From positions 9,206-73,205 of the forward strand of contig CAVRPK010000003.1 of the NCBI GenBank assembly GCA_963723105.1: a stretch of 64,000 nt of DNA, in the 5' to 3' direction. Below the pieces are notes generated by a model, which was not told the DNA's origin, ran no database searches, and saw only the letters and a list, made by a program, of their open reading frames with translations. This document shows positions 40,007 to 48,180 of the stretch, in pieces; positions within the stretch are counted from its first letter, which is position 1; each line of letters opens with the position of its first letter. The position numbers were made by a program, and so were the translations under genes. The stretch is from an uncultured Candidatus Micrarchaeota archaeon (GTDB lineage: Archaea > Micrarchaeota > Micrarchaeia > Anstonellales > Bilamarchaeaceae).

Positions 40007-40820
40007 GATCTGCCTTCTCCAAAATTTCTCTTGATTTGCGATCTGAAATTCCTGTTTTGCGTGCAAGTTTTTCTGGAGTTTCTGGAAAATCAAAAACAGT
40101 AACTATCTTTTTCTTAAGCAATTGCCTAAGCGTTCGGTCTCCCATTTTTATGACGCTAACTGGATAGCACTTTGATCGATCTATCCTAACTTCGAGACTG
40201 TTCTTGAATGGATATCTCCATCCAAGAAGGTCAATTTCCTTGTAGTCTGCATATGTGATAACATCCTGCGAGAATTTTGCATTTGTAACAAGCCATGGCC
40301 TGTAATATTTTTCGCAGGTTCCGAGTTTGGTTCCTTCTTTCAAATCAAGAAACCTTGCATAAACATAAAGTGCTGTTTGTATCCTGCATTTATATCCTGG
40401 TTGATTGCGGAATTTGCATTCGATCATATATCTCCTGCTATCTTTTTCTGCAACAACATCTATCTCGTGACTCAAGCATCTTCCTTCTATGGTCTGCCTT
40501 AATTTTGTGTCATATCCCTCTAGGCTAAGGAGCCTTCCCACAAAGTCCTCAAATTCATAACCTGCAGGGCCAATGCGCTGGAGTGCTCTTTTGAGATTGT
40601 ATTTATGCGAGACTTCAGGTCTCATCTGTTCAATTAAATCATAAACCATGTGATAGATTGCTTTGGTGCTTATTCCATTGTAAATGTACGGGTATAGTTG
40701 CTGAAGAATCTCATCGCATTCCTTTGGGCTGAGCCCGCTTCTTCTGATTGCTTTTTTTACTTTAGCTTTCTCAAACCTTTCCTTTTCTCCGTTCTCTTTA
40801 AGCACCCAGTAAATTGACAT
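39993..40820 (-). CDS. ATP-cone domain fused to a PD-(D/E)xK (Mrr-like) nuclease domain
   Basis: The N-terminal ATP-cone reads VLKENGEKERFEKAKVKKAIRRSGL. The central GYEFEDFVGRLL...HEIDVVAEKDSRRYMIECKFRN is a restriction-endonuclease-like D...(D/E)xK core. Confidence 0.75.
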   Translation of the reverse strand: MSIYWVLKENGEKERFEKAKVKKAIRRSGLSPKECDEILQQLYPYIYNGISTKAIYHMVYDLIEQMRPEVSHKYNLKRALQRIGPAGYEFEDFVGRLLSLEGYDTKLRQTIEGRCLSHEIDVVAEKDSRRYMIECKFRNQPGYKCRIQTALYVYARFLDLKEGTKLGTCEKYYRPWLVTNAKFSQDVITYADYKEIDLLGWRYPFKNSLEVRIDRSKCYPVSVIKMGDRTLRQLLKKKIVTVFDFPETPEKLARKTGISDRKSREILEKADHVQR

Positions 40821-40886
40821 CAGTATGTCTGGGTGCGCAAGCGTTTTATTATTTATTGATTTGCCTACAACTATTTCTTGGTTGAA

Positions 40887-41159
40887 ATGATCGATCTAAT
40901 CCAACTGGAATCAGAAGCACAAACAAAAGTCAACAAATCCATCACTTCTATAGAAATTGCCCTGGCAAGATGGGACAACACAAAAGACAAACCCTCTCAT
41001 TTGAGAGAAAGAATGAACTATTTGAAAGTTTCACATAAAATGTTTTCCGAATGGCAAAAGAAATCACTCACAGGACAAAAGGATCTTCCAGCAGTTATTG
41101 CGAGGCTAAATGAATTTAGTAATATTTGCAATTATCTGAAAAAGAAGGAGGCAATGTAA
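40887..41159 (+). CDS. Cassette 1, gene A: small Lys-rich helical protein (90 aa), unknown function
   Basis: Paralog of 43812-44081 (SIEIALARWDNTKDKP...YLKVSHKMFSEWQKKSLTGQKD versus KIEIALADWDQSEEKP...YLKKSHTLFSNWMKKSLKGKKD). Its stop directly abuts the ATG of the next gene. Confidence 0.7.
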   Translation: MIDLIQLESEAQTKVNKSITSIEIALARWDNTKDKPSHLRERMNYLKVSHKMFSEWQKKSLTGQKDLPAVIARLNEFSNICNYLKKKEAM

Positions 41160-42467
41160 ATGGGAGGAGGACCACAGCAACTTGAACAAGGGCTTGAGGC
41201 TGCAGAAGAAACAGTCAGGCTTGCAACTGAACACATGAGCCATATTCCGCAGCCCCTGCAACCTAACATTACTGGAGCGGTTATGGCAGCGCTTGCTACA
41301 ATCCAGGCAACTACTGCCTTTGGATCATCAACCGTAAGAGATGCACTAGCTAATCTTCCATATGGGATTGCACATGATACGATGCAGGTTTTTGCTAGTG
41401 AGGATGAAGCGCGTGATCATACTGATAGGGAAATGCGCTATATAGAATCACATAGACTTCCAGATCGAAGGTCTGATGAAGAGCTTGAGACAAGTGCAGC
41501 AGGTTTTGAAACTTCTCTGAGGCAAGATCGCAGAGAACTTGCAAGGCTCGAGAGAATACCTAATCCTGATCGAGGGGAAATAAGAAGACTCGATATAAGT
41601 ATCCAGACAACCGAACTGGAACTTCGAAGAATACACTATGAGCTTGAGCGGCGCTCTGGAGTTGATGTTCCTGAAGTTTTTGATGAGGATGTTCAGGTTG
41701 CGCGTCAAGCAGGAACTACTGCACTTGGCTGGATGACTGCAAGTTATCTAGGTGCAGACCTTCATGCTGTAGTAAGCTCTGCTCCTCCAATACTCACAGT
41801 TGAATCTGAGAGATTTTTTGACTCTCTGGATGCGCTTGAGGGCCACTATGGATCTACTGCCAGGTATTTTCCAGGAACCAATCATATTGCAGTAAGATCT
41901 GTTCAGGATGATATTGTCAAGGATGCTCTTGAAGCGACTGTTGCACACGAAATGCTGCACTACATTGCATATCTTGGAGGTGGTCATCACATCAGATGGA
42001 CTTCTGATTCAGGGGAGCTTGTAGATCAAGGTAACATCACCTGGCTTCATGAAGGGCTTACTGAATTGCATGCTCAGCAATTAACAAGTGCTCATGGGAT
42101 ACATCCAGATGCATCAACATACGAACATGAGACTCGAACTGCATTCTATCTGCAGAGAATCGTTGGAGAGCCGGTGCTTCGACGTGCTTATTTGACTGGT
42201 GACTTTAGCGAAGTTCGAACGCGCTTAAATGCAAGGCTTGGTGAAGGGACTTTTGAAACACTTGCAAAACAAAGGGAATATGTTCCAGATCCAAGACAAC
42301 CTGGTGCAACTGGTTATGTGACTAGAGGTTCAGATGCAGTAGCATTCTTGCTTGACCGGATGGATGCAGCAGGAGTTGACCGCTCTACGTGGGACCAGGA
42401 TCCTTTGATTGCTGATTCTGTTAGGGTTGAAAGATTGATTGAAGGTGGAGCGGATGGATCTAGTTAA
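41160..42467 (+). CDS. Cassette 1, gene B: HExxH gluzincin-like (Peptidase_MA_2-type) protein, 435 aa with only 2 Lys
   Basis: VAHEMLHYIAYLGGGHHIRW followed 30 residues later by WLHEGLTELHAQQLT. No signal peptide. GC-richer than its neighbours. Confidence 0.75.
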   Translation: MGGGPQQLEQGLEAAEETVRLATEHMSHIPQPLQPNITGAVMAALATIQATTAFGSSTVRDALANLPYGIAHDTMQVFASEDEARDHTDREMRYIESHRLPDRRSDEELETSAAGFETSLRQDRRELARLERIPNPDRGEIRRLDISIQTTELELRRIHYELERRSGVDVPEVFDEDVQVARQAGTTALGWMTASYLGADLHAVVSSAPPILTVESERFFDSLDALEGHYGSTARYFPGTNHIAVRSVQDDIVKDALEATVAHEMLHYIAYLGGGHHIRWTSDSGELVDQGNITWLHEGLTELHAQQLTSAHGIHPDASTYEHETRTAFYLQRIVGEPVLRRAYLTGDFSEVRTRLNARLGEGTFETLAKQREYVPDPRQPGATGYVTRGSDAVAFLLDRMDAAGVDRSTWDQDPLIADSVRVERLIEGGADGSS

Positions 42468-42693
42468 TACGACTGAATATAAAAATGCCAAAGCACAAAT
42501 CGCATCCTTGATGCAGAAGCTAGATGCGGCAAAAAAAGATGATGTGGCTAAGTTAAGAGATGAGAAGGCAGAATTCTTCCAAAAAATGAAGGAGACAAAC
42601 CCCAGACTTTATTCTGCATTTCAGATCGATGATAATGATCTCAGCCGAAAAATTCATAAAAAACTCACTGGAAGAGACGTAATTATCGACTAA
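42454..42693 (+). CDS. Cassette 1, gene C: small Lys-rich helical protein (79 aa), unknown function
   Basis: From ATG 42454 the length equals its paralog 45181-45420. Shared sequence: DEKAEFFQKMKETNPRLYSAFQIDDNDLS...VIID versus DEKKVFFANMKKTNPNLYSIFQINDKEIS...IVID. It overlaps gene B by 14 nt. Confidence 0.7.
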   Translation: MDLVNTTEYKNAKAQIASLMQKLDAAKKDDVAKLRDEKAEFFQKMKETNPRLYSAFQIDDNDLSRKIHKKLTGRDVIID

Positions 42694-42695
42694 TC

Positions 42696-42707
42696 TTTCC
42701 GCGGAAA
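42696..42707. promoter_or_regulatory. 12-bp perfect palindrome tttccgcggaaa between cassette 1 and orc1/cdc6
   Basis: It lies 3 nt after the C1 stop and 48 nt before the orc1 ATG. A TATA-like aattttaaa element sits at approx. 42725-42733. Confidence 0.3.
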
Positions 42708-42754
42708 TGAGATGATTCTGCGGTAATTTTAAACTTTATCTGTATTATTTTGCT

Positions 42755-43807
42755 ATGCCCAATTATTTTGACGGTTCTTCAGATGATCCTTCTATTATCA
42801 AATTCGAGGAGATTCTTCTTCCAGACCATATGCCAGATGAGCTTGGGCATCGGGATAAAGAATTGCAGGTGCTTGCAGATTCAATAAAACCTCTATTATC
42901 AAGGAGGACTCCAGATAATCTTTTCATATATGGCCCTTCAGGATGCGGCAAAACAACATGTGTGAAATATATTCTCAAACAGTTAACTGACCATTCATCA
43001 TCAGTTCTTCCTGTGTATGTAAACTGCTGGGAAAACCCAACTCAGATGGCAGTTTATAATAAAATCATCGAAGCAATGCGGCTCCCGCTTCCACGCAGAG
43101 GACTTGCTACAGATGAAATTTTCAATCGAATTACTGAATATGTGAAAAATTACAATAAGCCAATTTTACTTATTCTTGATGAGATGGATGGTCTTCGTCA
43201 TGATAAGCTGCTTTATGTGGTCTCAAGAGCAAACGAGCAAAAGCTGAGCTTTGGGATTATTGGGATTACAAATAACAAAGAGCTTCTATCAAAACTCGAT
43301 TCAAGAGTTCGCAGTTCTCTTAGGTTTTCTGATATGGAATTTGAAGATTATTCAGAAGATCAGCTCCTTTCAATTCTTCGCATTCGTGCTGAGCATGCGC
43401 TTCTTCCAGGAAGCTATGATGATCGGTTACTTACCAAAGTTGCACGTTCAGTTGACTGTGGCTCTGCAAGAGTTGTGATCGAGAGACTGTGGAAATCTGC
43501 AAAGCATGCAGAAAAGGCTGGCAGGTCAAAAATAATGCTTCAGGATGTTGAGGATGTTGCTTCAGCAGAGCCTTCTTTCAAAGTTTCAGAATATAATCTA
43601 TCTTCAGAAGAACTACTTATTCTGGAAATCCTAAAAGATGGCGAATTGCCTTCTTCAAAGCTTTATGATAAATTTATTGCAAAGATTCCAAAAACCAAGA
43701 GGCAGATACGAAATTATCTTGAGCTTCTTGAGAAAAAAACCTTGATTGAATCTGAAGATGTTGAAGCAGATGGTATGCTAAAGCCAAAGATCTTCAGGCT
43801 GAGGTGA
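42755..43807 (+). CDS. cdc6: Orc1/Cdc6 replication initiator (AAA+ ATPase with C-terminal winged helix)
   Basis: LPDELGHRDKELQVLA, Walker A FIYGPSGCGKTT, Walker B LLILDEMD, and a C-terminal winged-helix-like region. Confidence 0.9.
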   Translation: MPNYFDGSSDDPSIIKFEEILLPDHMPDELGHRDKELQVLADSIKPLLSRRTPDNLFIYGPSGCGKTTCVKYILKQLTDHSSSVLPVYVNCWENPTQMAVYNKIIEAMRLPLPRRGLATDEIFNRITEYVKNYNKPILLILDEMDGLRHDKLLYVVSRANEQKLSFGIIGITNNKELLSKLDSRVRSSLRFSDMEFEDYSEDQLLSILRIRAEHALLPGSYDDRLLTKVARSVDCGSARVVIERLWKSAKHAEKAGRSKIMLQDVEDVASAEPSFKVSEYNLSSEELLILEILKDGELPSSKLYDKFIAKIPKTKRQIRNYLELLEKKTLIESEDVEADGMLKPKIFRLR

Positions 43808-43811
43808 TAAA

Positions 43812-44081
43812 ATGAATGAATTGATCGTACTTGAGATGAATACTCGGGAAAGACTGAGCAAATCTCTTTCTAAAATTGAGATCGCACTGGCTGATTGGGA
43901 TCAATCAGAAGAGAAACCCAAAAAGTTCATGAAAAAGATTTCATATTTGAAAAAATCACACACGCTTTTTTCTAACTGGATGAAAAAATCTCTCAAAGGG
44001 AAAAAAGATTCCAGTTCCAGTCGTATAAGACTTCAAGAATTTACTGAGATTTGCAGAGAGCTTAATCCAACGGTGGAATGA
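43812..44081 (+). CDS. Cassette 2, gene A: small Lys-rich helical protein (89 aa)
   Basis: Paralog of 40887-41159. It starts 4 nt after the orc1 stop and has an ATGA overlap with the next gene. Confidence 0.7.
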   Translation: MNELIVLEMNTRERLSKSLSKIEIALADWDQSEEKPKKFMKKISYLKKSHTLFSNWMKKSLKGKKDSSSSRIRLQEFTEICRELNPTVE

Positions 44082-45172
44082 TGGCCGAACCCAGAATTGT
44101 AAGAGAGCCGGCCAATCTTGGCAATACTGTTGAAGATGCACACCGAAGTGTTCGAACTGTAATTGATACGCCTGCTCCGGTAGTTGTTCCGAGAGTGCTC
44201 GATGCTGCAAGATCTGTTTCAGCTGCACTTGAGTCTATCCAGGACATACTTACCTATAGTTTAGAAGAAGTCGAGCCACAAGTAGTACTCTCAGATGCAT
44301 ATTCGCATGAAGCTCCACAATTGATTTTGGCATCAGTTGAAGATGCTCGGGCACATAGCAGTGGAGCAGCAGATGAACATGCCGCTATTATAGCCGAACG
44401 CGGACCTGCTCCAGCAGCCAGCTTAAGAGCTCTTGCAGTGCGTCCTGTTGATCCAGAGCTTGCAGAAGCAAATGCACAATTATCAAGAGAAATTTCAGGG
44501 ACGTGGCTTACCGAATCTTATTTAGGCTCACGTCTTGGAGAGAGGTTTGCAAGTACTCCTCCTATTTTAACTACAGAACCGCAAGAATTCTTCGATCTTG
44601 TTAATGAAGCTCTTTCCTATCATGATACAAGAGGCCTTTATTTTCTTGGCACAAGCCATGTTGTGATAAGTTCTGAAGAACTTGAGGCTGATCGAAGAGT
44701 AGTGATTGTTCATGAGCAGTTGCATTATGCTGCATGGCTTGGTGGTGGACGCACCATAAGATGGGAAAGAGGCGAGGGGAGAGAAACTGTTCTTGGTTAT
44801 GTAAGCTGGCTTCATGAAGGCCTTACTGAATTGCATGCACAGCAACTTACCCGGGAACATGGCCATACTCCAACTAGGATTAGCTATCCAATGGAAACTG
44901 CAGCGGGCTCTTACCTCCAGAGACTTGTTGGAGCGCGAAGACTTAGGGAAGCATATCTGTCTGGTGATTTTAGTGAAGTTAGGAGAATGGTCAATGGAAG
45001 ACTTGGCGGAGAAACATTTGACAGGCTTGCCAGAATGGAGAATGGCTATGAAGCTCTGGTATTTCTGAGAAGCCGTCTTGAATCTGCTGGAATTGATTAC
45101 AATTCCTGGGATGGTCCATTATCAGATATAACTCTTGTTTCTATAGGAGATGGAGGTCCCACTGGGAATTAG
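44078..45172 (+). CDS. Cassette 2, gene B: HExxH gluzincin-like protein, 364 aa with 0 Lys and 33 Arg
   Basis: VIVHEQLHYAAWLGGGRTIRW...WLHEGLTELHAQQLT...AYLSGDFSEVR. Paralog of 41160-42467. Confidence 0.75.
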   Translation: MMAEPRIVREPANLGNTVEDAHRSVRTVIDTPAPVVVPRVLDAARSVSAALESIQDILTYSLEEVEPQVVLSDAYSHEAPQLILASVEDARAHSSGAADEHAAIIAERGPAPAASLRALAVRPVDPELAEANAQLSREISGTWLTESYLGSRLGERFASTPPILTTEPQEFFDLVNEALSYHDTRGLYFLGTSHVVISSEELEADRRVVIVHEQLHYAAWLGGGRTIRWERGEGRETVLGYVSWLHEGLTELHAQQLTREHGHTPTRISYPMETAAGSYLQRLVGARRLREAYLSGDFSEVRRMVNGRLGGETFDRLARMENGYEALVFLRSRLESAGIDYNSWDGPLSDITLVSIGDGGPTGN

Positions 45173-45180
45173 GTGATGTT

Positions 45181-45420
45181 ATGGAAATTCATGAGACTGA
45201 AGAATATAGATCTGCTCTGATAAAAGTAAAATCCTGGAAGGAAAAAATTGAAAAATCAGAAAAGAAATCGTTATTCAGGGTTCTTGATGAAAAGAAGGTA
45301 TTCTTTGCAAACATGAAGAAAACAAATCCCAACCTCTATTCAATATTCCAGATAAATGACAAAGAAATCAGCGAAAGTGTAGCTGAAAAGCTATATACAG
45401 CCAAAATTGTCATCGACTGA
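45181..45420 (+). CDS. Cassette 2, gene C: small Lys-rich helical protein (79 aa)
   Basis: Paralog of 42454-42693. The 8-nt spacer after gene B contains GGTGAT. Confidence 0.7.
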   Translation: MEIHETEEYRSALIKVKSWKEKIEKSEKKSLFRVLDEKKVFFANMKKTNPNLYSIFQINDKEISESVAEKLYTAKIVID

Positions 45421-45461
45421 ACACATAAAAAAGTATACTGTTAATCTAAAAGTGTTTATCT

Positions 45462-46373
45462 ATGCTGACCAGAGCAATTAGAAATCTCGGGAACTTTCTG
45501 TTCCTAAATATCCTAAACAGGTGGGTTGCAGGAGCTAAGGCCGAGGATGCTATTACCTACTGCCAGGGCCTGAAAACACCGTGCGTTATTCATTACCTTG
45601 GAGAAGCACATACAGAAATTCCCCATGTGATGGATGCTGTTAATGAATACAAACATCTGATTGATCTTATTTCAAAGAATAAACTCAAAGCACAAATCAG
45701 CATCAAACCAACTCAGTTTGGCTTTAATGTTCTTGAAAAAGAAGATTCAGAAAAATTTTGTTCTCATCAGATGCTCGAAGTCATAAAATATGCATCATCT
45801 AAAAAAATCCAAACATGGCTTGATATGGAATATTCAGAAGTAACTGATTTTACAATTCGGTTTTATCGCCGTTTTGCATCTAAATACAAGCTTGGAATCA
45901 CGCTTCAGGCAAATCTCAAAAGAACTGAGAAAGATCTGCTTGATCTGGCTAAATTCTCACAAAAAACAAAGGTCAAAGTCCGTTTGGTAAAAGGAGCATA
46001 TCATGAAAATGATGAGCTTGTTTTATCTGATTCACATGAAATCCACGTAAAATATCTTGGCTTGATATCTCTTGCATTTGAGCAGACTACCAAAGATTTT
46101 GGGATCGTTGTTGCGTCACATCATACCCAAGCACTTGAACTTGCACAAACTCTTCAGAAAACACATAAGAAAAAGTTTTTTGGGCTTGAGATACTTAAGG
46201 GAGTAATCCCAAATTATTCTAGCGAACTTAGGAAAAATGGGGTATCATTGATTGAATATGTTCCTTATGGGGAGCATGTGTTTGCGTATTCTATAAGAAG
46301 AGCAGATAAAAAATATGCCAATTCTATATTTCTTGTTCCTTTCTTTGATGCATACAAGAAACTTTACAAGTGA
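45462..46373 (+). CDS. Proline dehydrogenase family protein
   Basis: RWVAGAKAEDAI...ISIKPTQFG...VRLVKGAY...LKGV...YVPYGEHVFAYSIRR matches the PRODH (beta/alpha)8 signature order. Confidence 0.72.
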   Translation: MLTRAIRNLGNFLFLNILNRWVAGAKAEDAITYCQGLKTPCVIHYLGEAHTEIPHVMDAVNEYKHLIDLISKNKLKAQISIKPTQFGFNVLEKEDSEKFCSHQMLEVIKYASSKKIQTWLDMEYSEVTDFTIRFYRRFASKYKLGITLQANLKRTEKDLLDLAKFSQKTKVKVRLVKGAYHENDELVLSDSHEIHVKYLGLISLAFEQTTKDFGIVVASHHTQALELAQTLQKTHKKKFFGLEILKGVIPNYSSELRKNGVSLIEYVPYGEHVFAYSIRRADKKYANSIFLVPFFDAYKKLYK

Positions 46374-46379
46374 TGAATT

Positions 46380-47171
46380 ATGAAAAACTACAAGCCTCTT
46401 GATCGTCAATACGATTATGTCAGTTCTCAAAGCAAGTTAATGTTTTCACAGGAGTGCGAGCTTCTAGAGGATCTGATTGCATTTTCCTTTGCAAGATATT
46501 TCCATCTTAATAAGGATGGGCTTAGTGATCTGGAACAAGAGCTTGCAGCTCTTTTTTACAGAAACTGCATTTATCTTTCTGCAACTTATCGTCTTGTTAC
46601 TAGCGGGCTTCTGGATCCTGCTGGAAATAACCTTCGAACTGTTTTTGAGACTATTATCTGGCAATATGCATACAAGTGCGAGCTAGAAATTTTTGAAAAT
46701 CAGAGTGAGATGAACCAGCTTGAAGAGCAAAAGCTTGCCAGTGAATGGTCTGGCACCAAAGAACGAAAACTTCAGAATCTGCGAAGAAAATATAGCTTCC
46801 AGAAAATGATGAAAAACATGTACTCAAAAGAAACATATGAGAATTTTTTCTTTAATCAATACTGGATATTATCCCAAAAATCTCATGCAAGTGTATTTGG
46901 TGTAAATAATAATACTCCGTCAATGGAAGGAAAGACAACTTTAGAAAAGAATCCCAAAGAACTTCAAAAAAATCTCTCTGCTTCACTGTATTTTTGTGCA
47001 GAGAGCTTGATTTGCTTTCTTAACTGCTTTTCCAAAAGGCTTACTCAGGCTGAAATTGATCTTTCTTTGAAAAAACTCAATCAGGTCAATCAGATTATTT
47101 CGCCAACTGCTGGGCTTGCTCCTGATAAAAAGAACCTTGAATTCACGATCCAGTTTCGTGAGATTAATTAA
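46380..47171 (+). CDS. Hypothetical protein
   Basis: 263-aa ORF 6 nt after the previous gene. No motif recognised. Confidence 0.5.
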   Translation: MKNYKPLDRQYDYVSSQSKLMFSQECELLEDLIAFSFARYFHLNKDGLSDLEQELAALFYRNCIYLSATYRLVTSGLLDPAGNNLRTVFETIIWQYAYKCELEIFENQSEMNQLEEQKLASEWSGTKERKLQNLRRKYSFQKMMKNMYSKETYENFFFNQYWILSQKSHASVFGVNNNTPSMEGKTTLEKNPKELQKNLSASLYFCAESLICFLNCFSKRLTQAEIDLSLKKLNQVNQIISPTAGLAPDKKNLEFTIQFREIN

Positions 47172-47193
47172 CTTATGCCGCTAAAAGGCCATT

Positions 47194-48180
47194 ATGGGCA
47201 AGCGAATTCTCATCCTAGTCAATGCAGTAGTTTCACTATTACTTGTTGCGCTGATTCTGCATTTGGTTGGCTTTGAGAATGTCATATCAGAGCTTAGCAA
47301 GATTAATTTATGGTTTCTTTTTCTGAGTATTGCTTCTCTTTTTGCTATGGATTTAGTAATGTCCTACAGGATTCAGATTTTACTTAGGGAAGCTGGAGAA
47401 TCAATCAAATTTTTCAATATTTTAAAATCTCATTTTGTTGGTATTCTCCTAGCTGATTTTTCTCCATCAAGAACTGGATATTTTGCAACTGCTGCTGCGT
47501 TAAAATATAATTATAATGTTCCATCAGACAAGGCACTTCTCTCTATTTTCGGTCCACAGATTTTTGATTTTGTTTTTAAGGTTGTAACTGGAAGCATTGC
47601 AATTTTGTACATTTTATTTGTATTTATAGGACCTACAGATGGCTGGATATTGATTCTCGGGGCAGTTGTAATCTCTTTGCTCATTGCATTGATGGTACTT
47701 ATACTGTTTTCTAAGAGATTTCTTCTCTTGTTCTCATTTGTTGAATCAATTCCAATCATATCCAAGCTATACAAAGTAGTTGTGCGTATGCAGGATAGCT
47801 CTCATGTTATAGTGAAAAAAACTCCTCATATAATTGCCTTGATCATTATAAGCTGGAACTTCAGGGCTCTATCCTGGTACTTTGCTGCAAAAACAGTTGG
47901 CATTAATCTGGAAACTGATTTCCCTGAATTTTTGGCATACTATTTCCTTCAGCCACTAATTACAATGCTGGAATTCATTCCTTCTCCAACAATTGCCGGT
48001 CTTGGATTAAGTGAGGGCGGGGCGACTCTTGTATTTGCTTTGTTTGGAGTTCTTCCTGCCAAAGCAGCGCTCTTTGCCTTGATTGCAAGATTCAAAAGCA
48101 CTCTTCTGCATCTGATTGCGGTTCCAGAGGCACTCAAAGTTCCAAAAGGAATGTCTGGTGACCTTGGACTGGATTCATAA
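47194..48180 (+). CDS. Flippase-like membrane protein (LPG-synthase-TM / UPF0104-type)
   Basis: About 8 TM helices with an N-terminus typical of the family (RILILVNAVVSLLLVALILHLVGFENV). Confidence 0.6.
   Translation: MGKRILILVNAVVSLLLVALILHLVGFENVISELSKINLWFLFLSIASLFAMDLVMSYRIQILLREAGESIKFFNILKSHFVGILLADFSPSRTGYFATAAALKYNYNVPSDKALLSIFGPQIFDFVFKVVTGSIAILYILFVFIGPTDGWILILGAVVISLLIALMVLILFSKRFLLLFSFVESIPIISKLYKVVVRMQDSSHVIVKKTPHIIALIIISWNFRALSWYFAAKTVGINLETDFPEFLAYYFLQPLITMLEFIPSPTIAGLGLSEGGATLVFALFGVLPAKAALFALIARFKSTLLHLIAVPEALKVPKGMSGDLGLDS

Noticed and set aside
42694-42754. Replication origin (ORB boxes) in the spacer upstream of orc1/cdc6
   Set aside because: The spacer is only 61 nt. 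It holds a single 12-bp palindrome and no repeated ORB or mini-ORB elements.
39320-47171. Calling the cassette region an integrated provirus or plasmid
   Set aside because: No integrase, capsid, terminal repeats or flanking att sites are visible in the window. Only compositional patchiness and gene content hint at accessory status.
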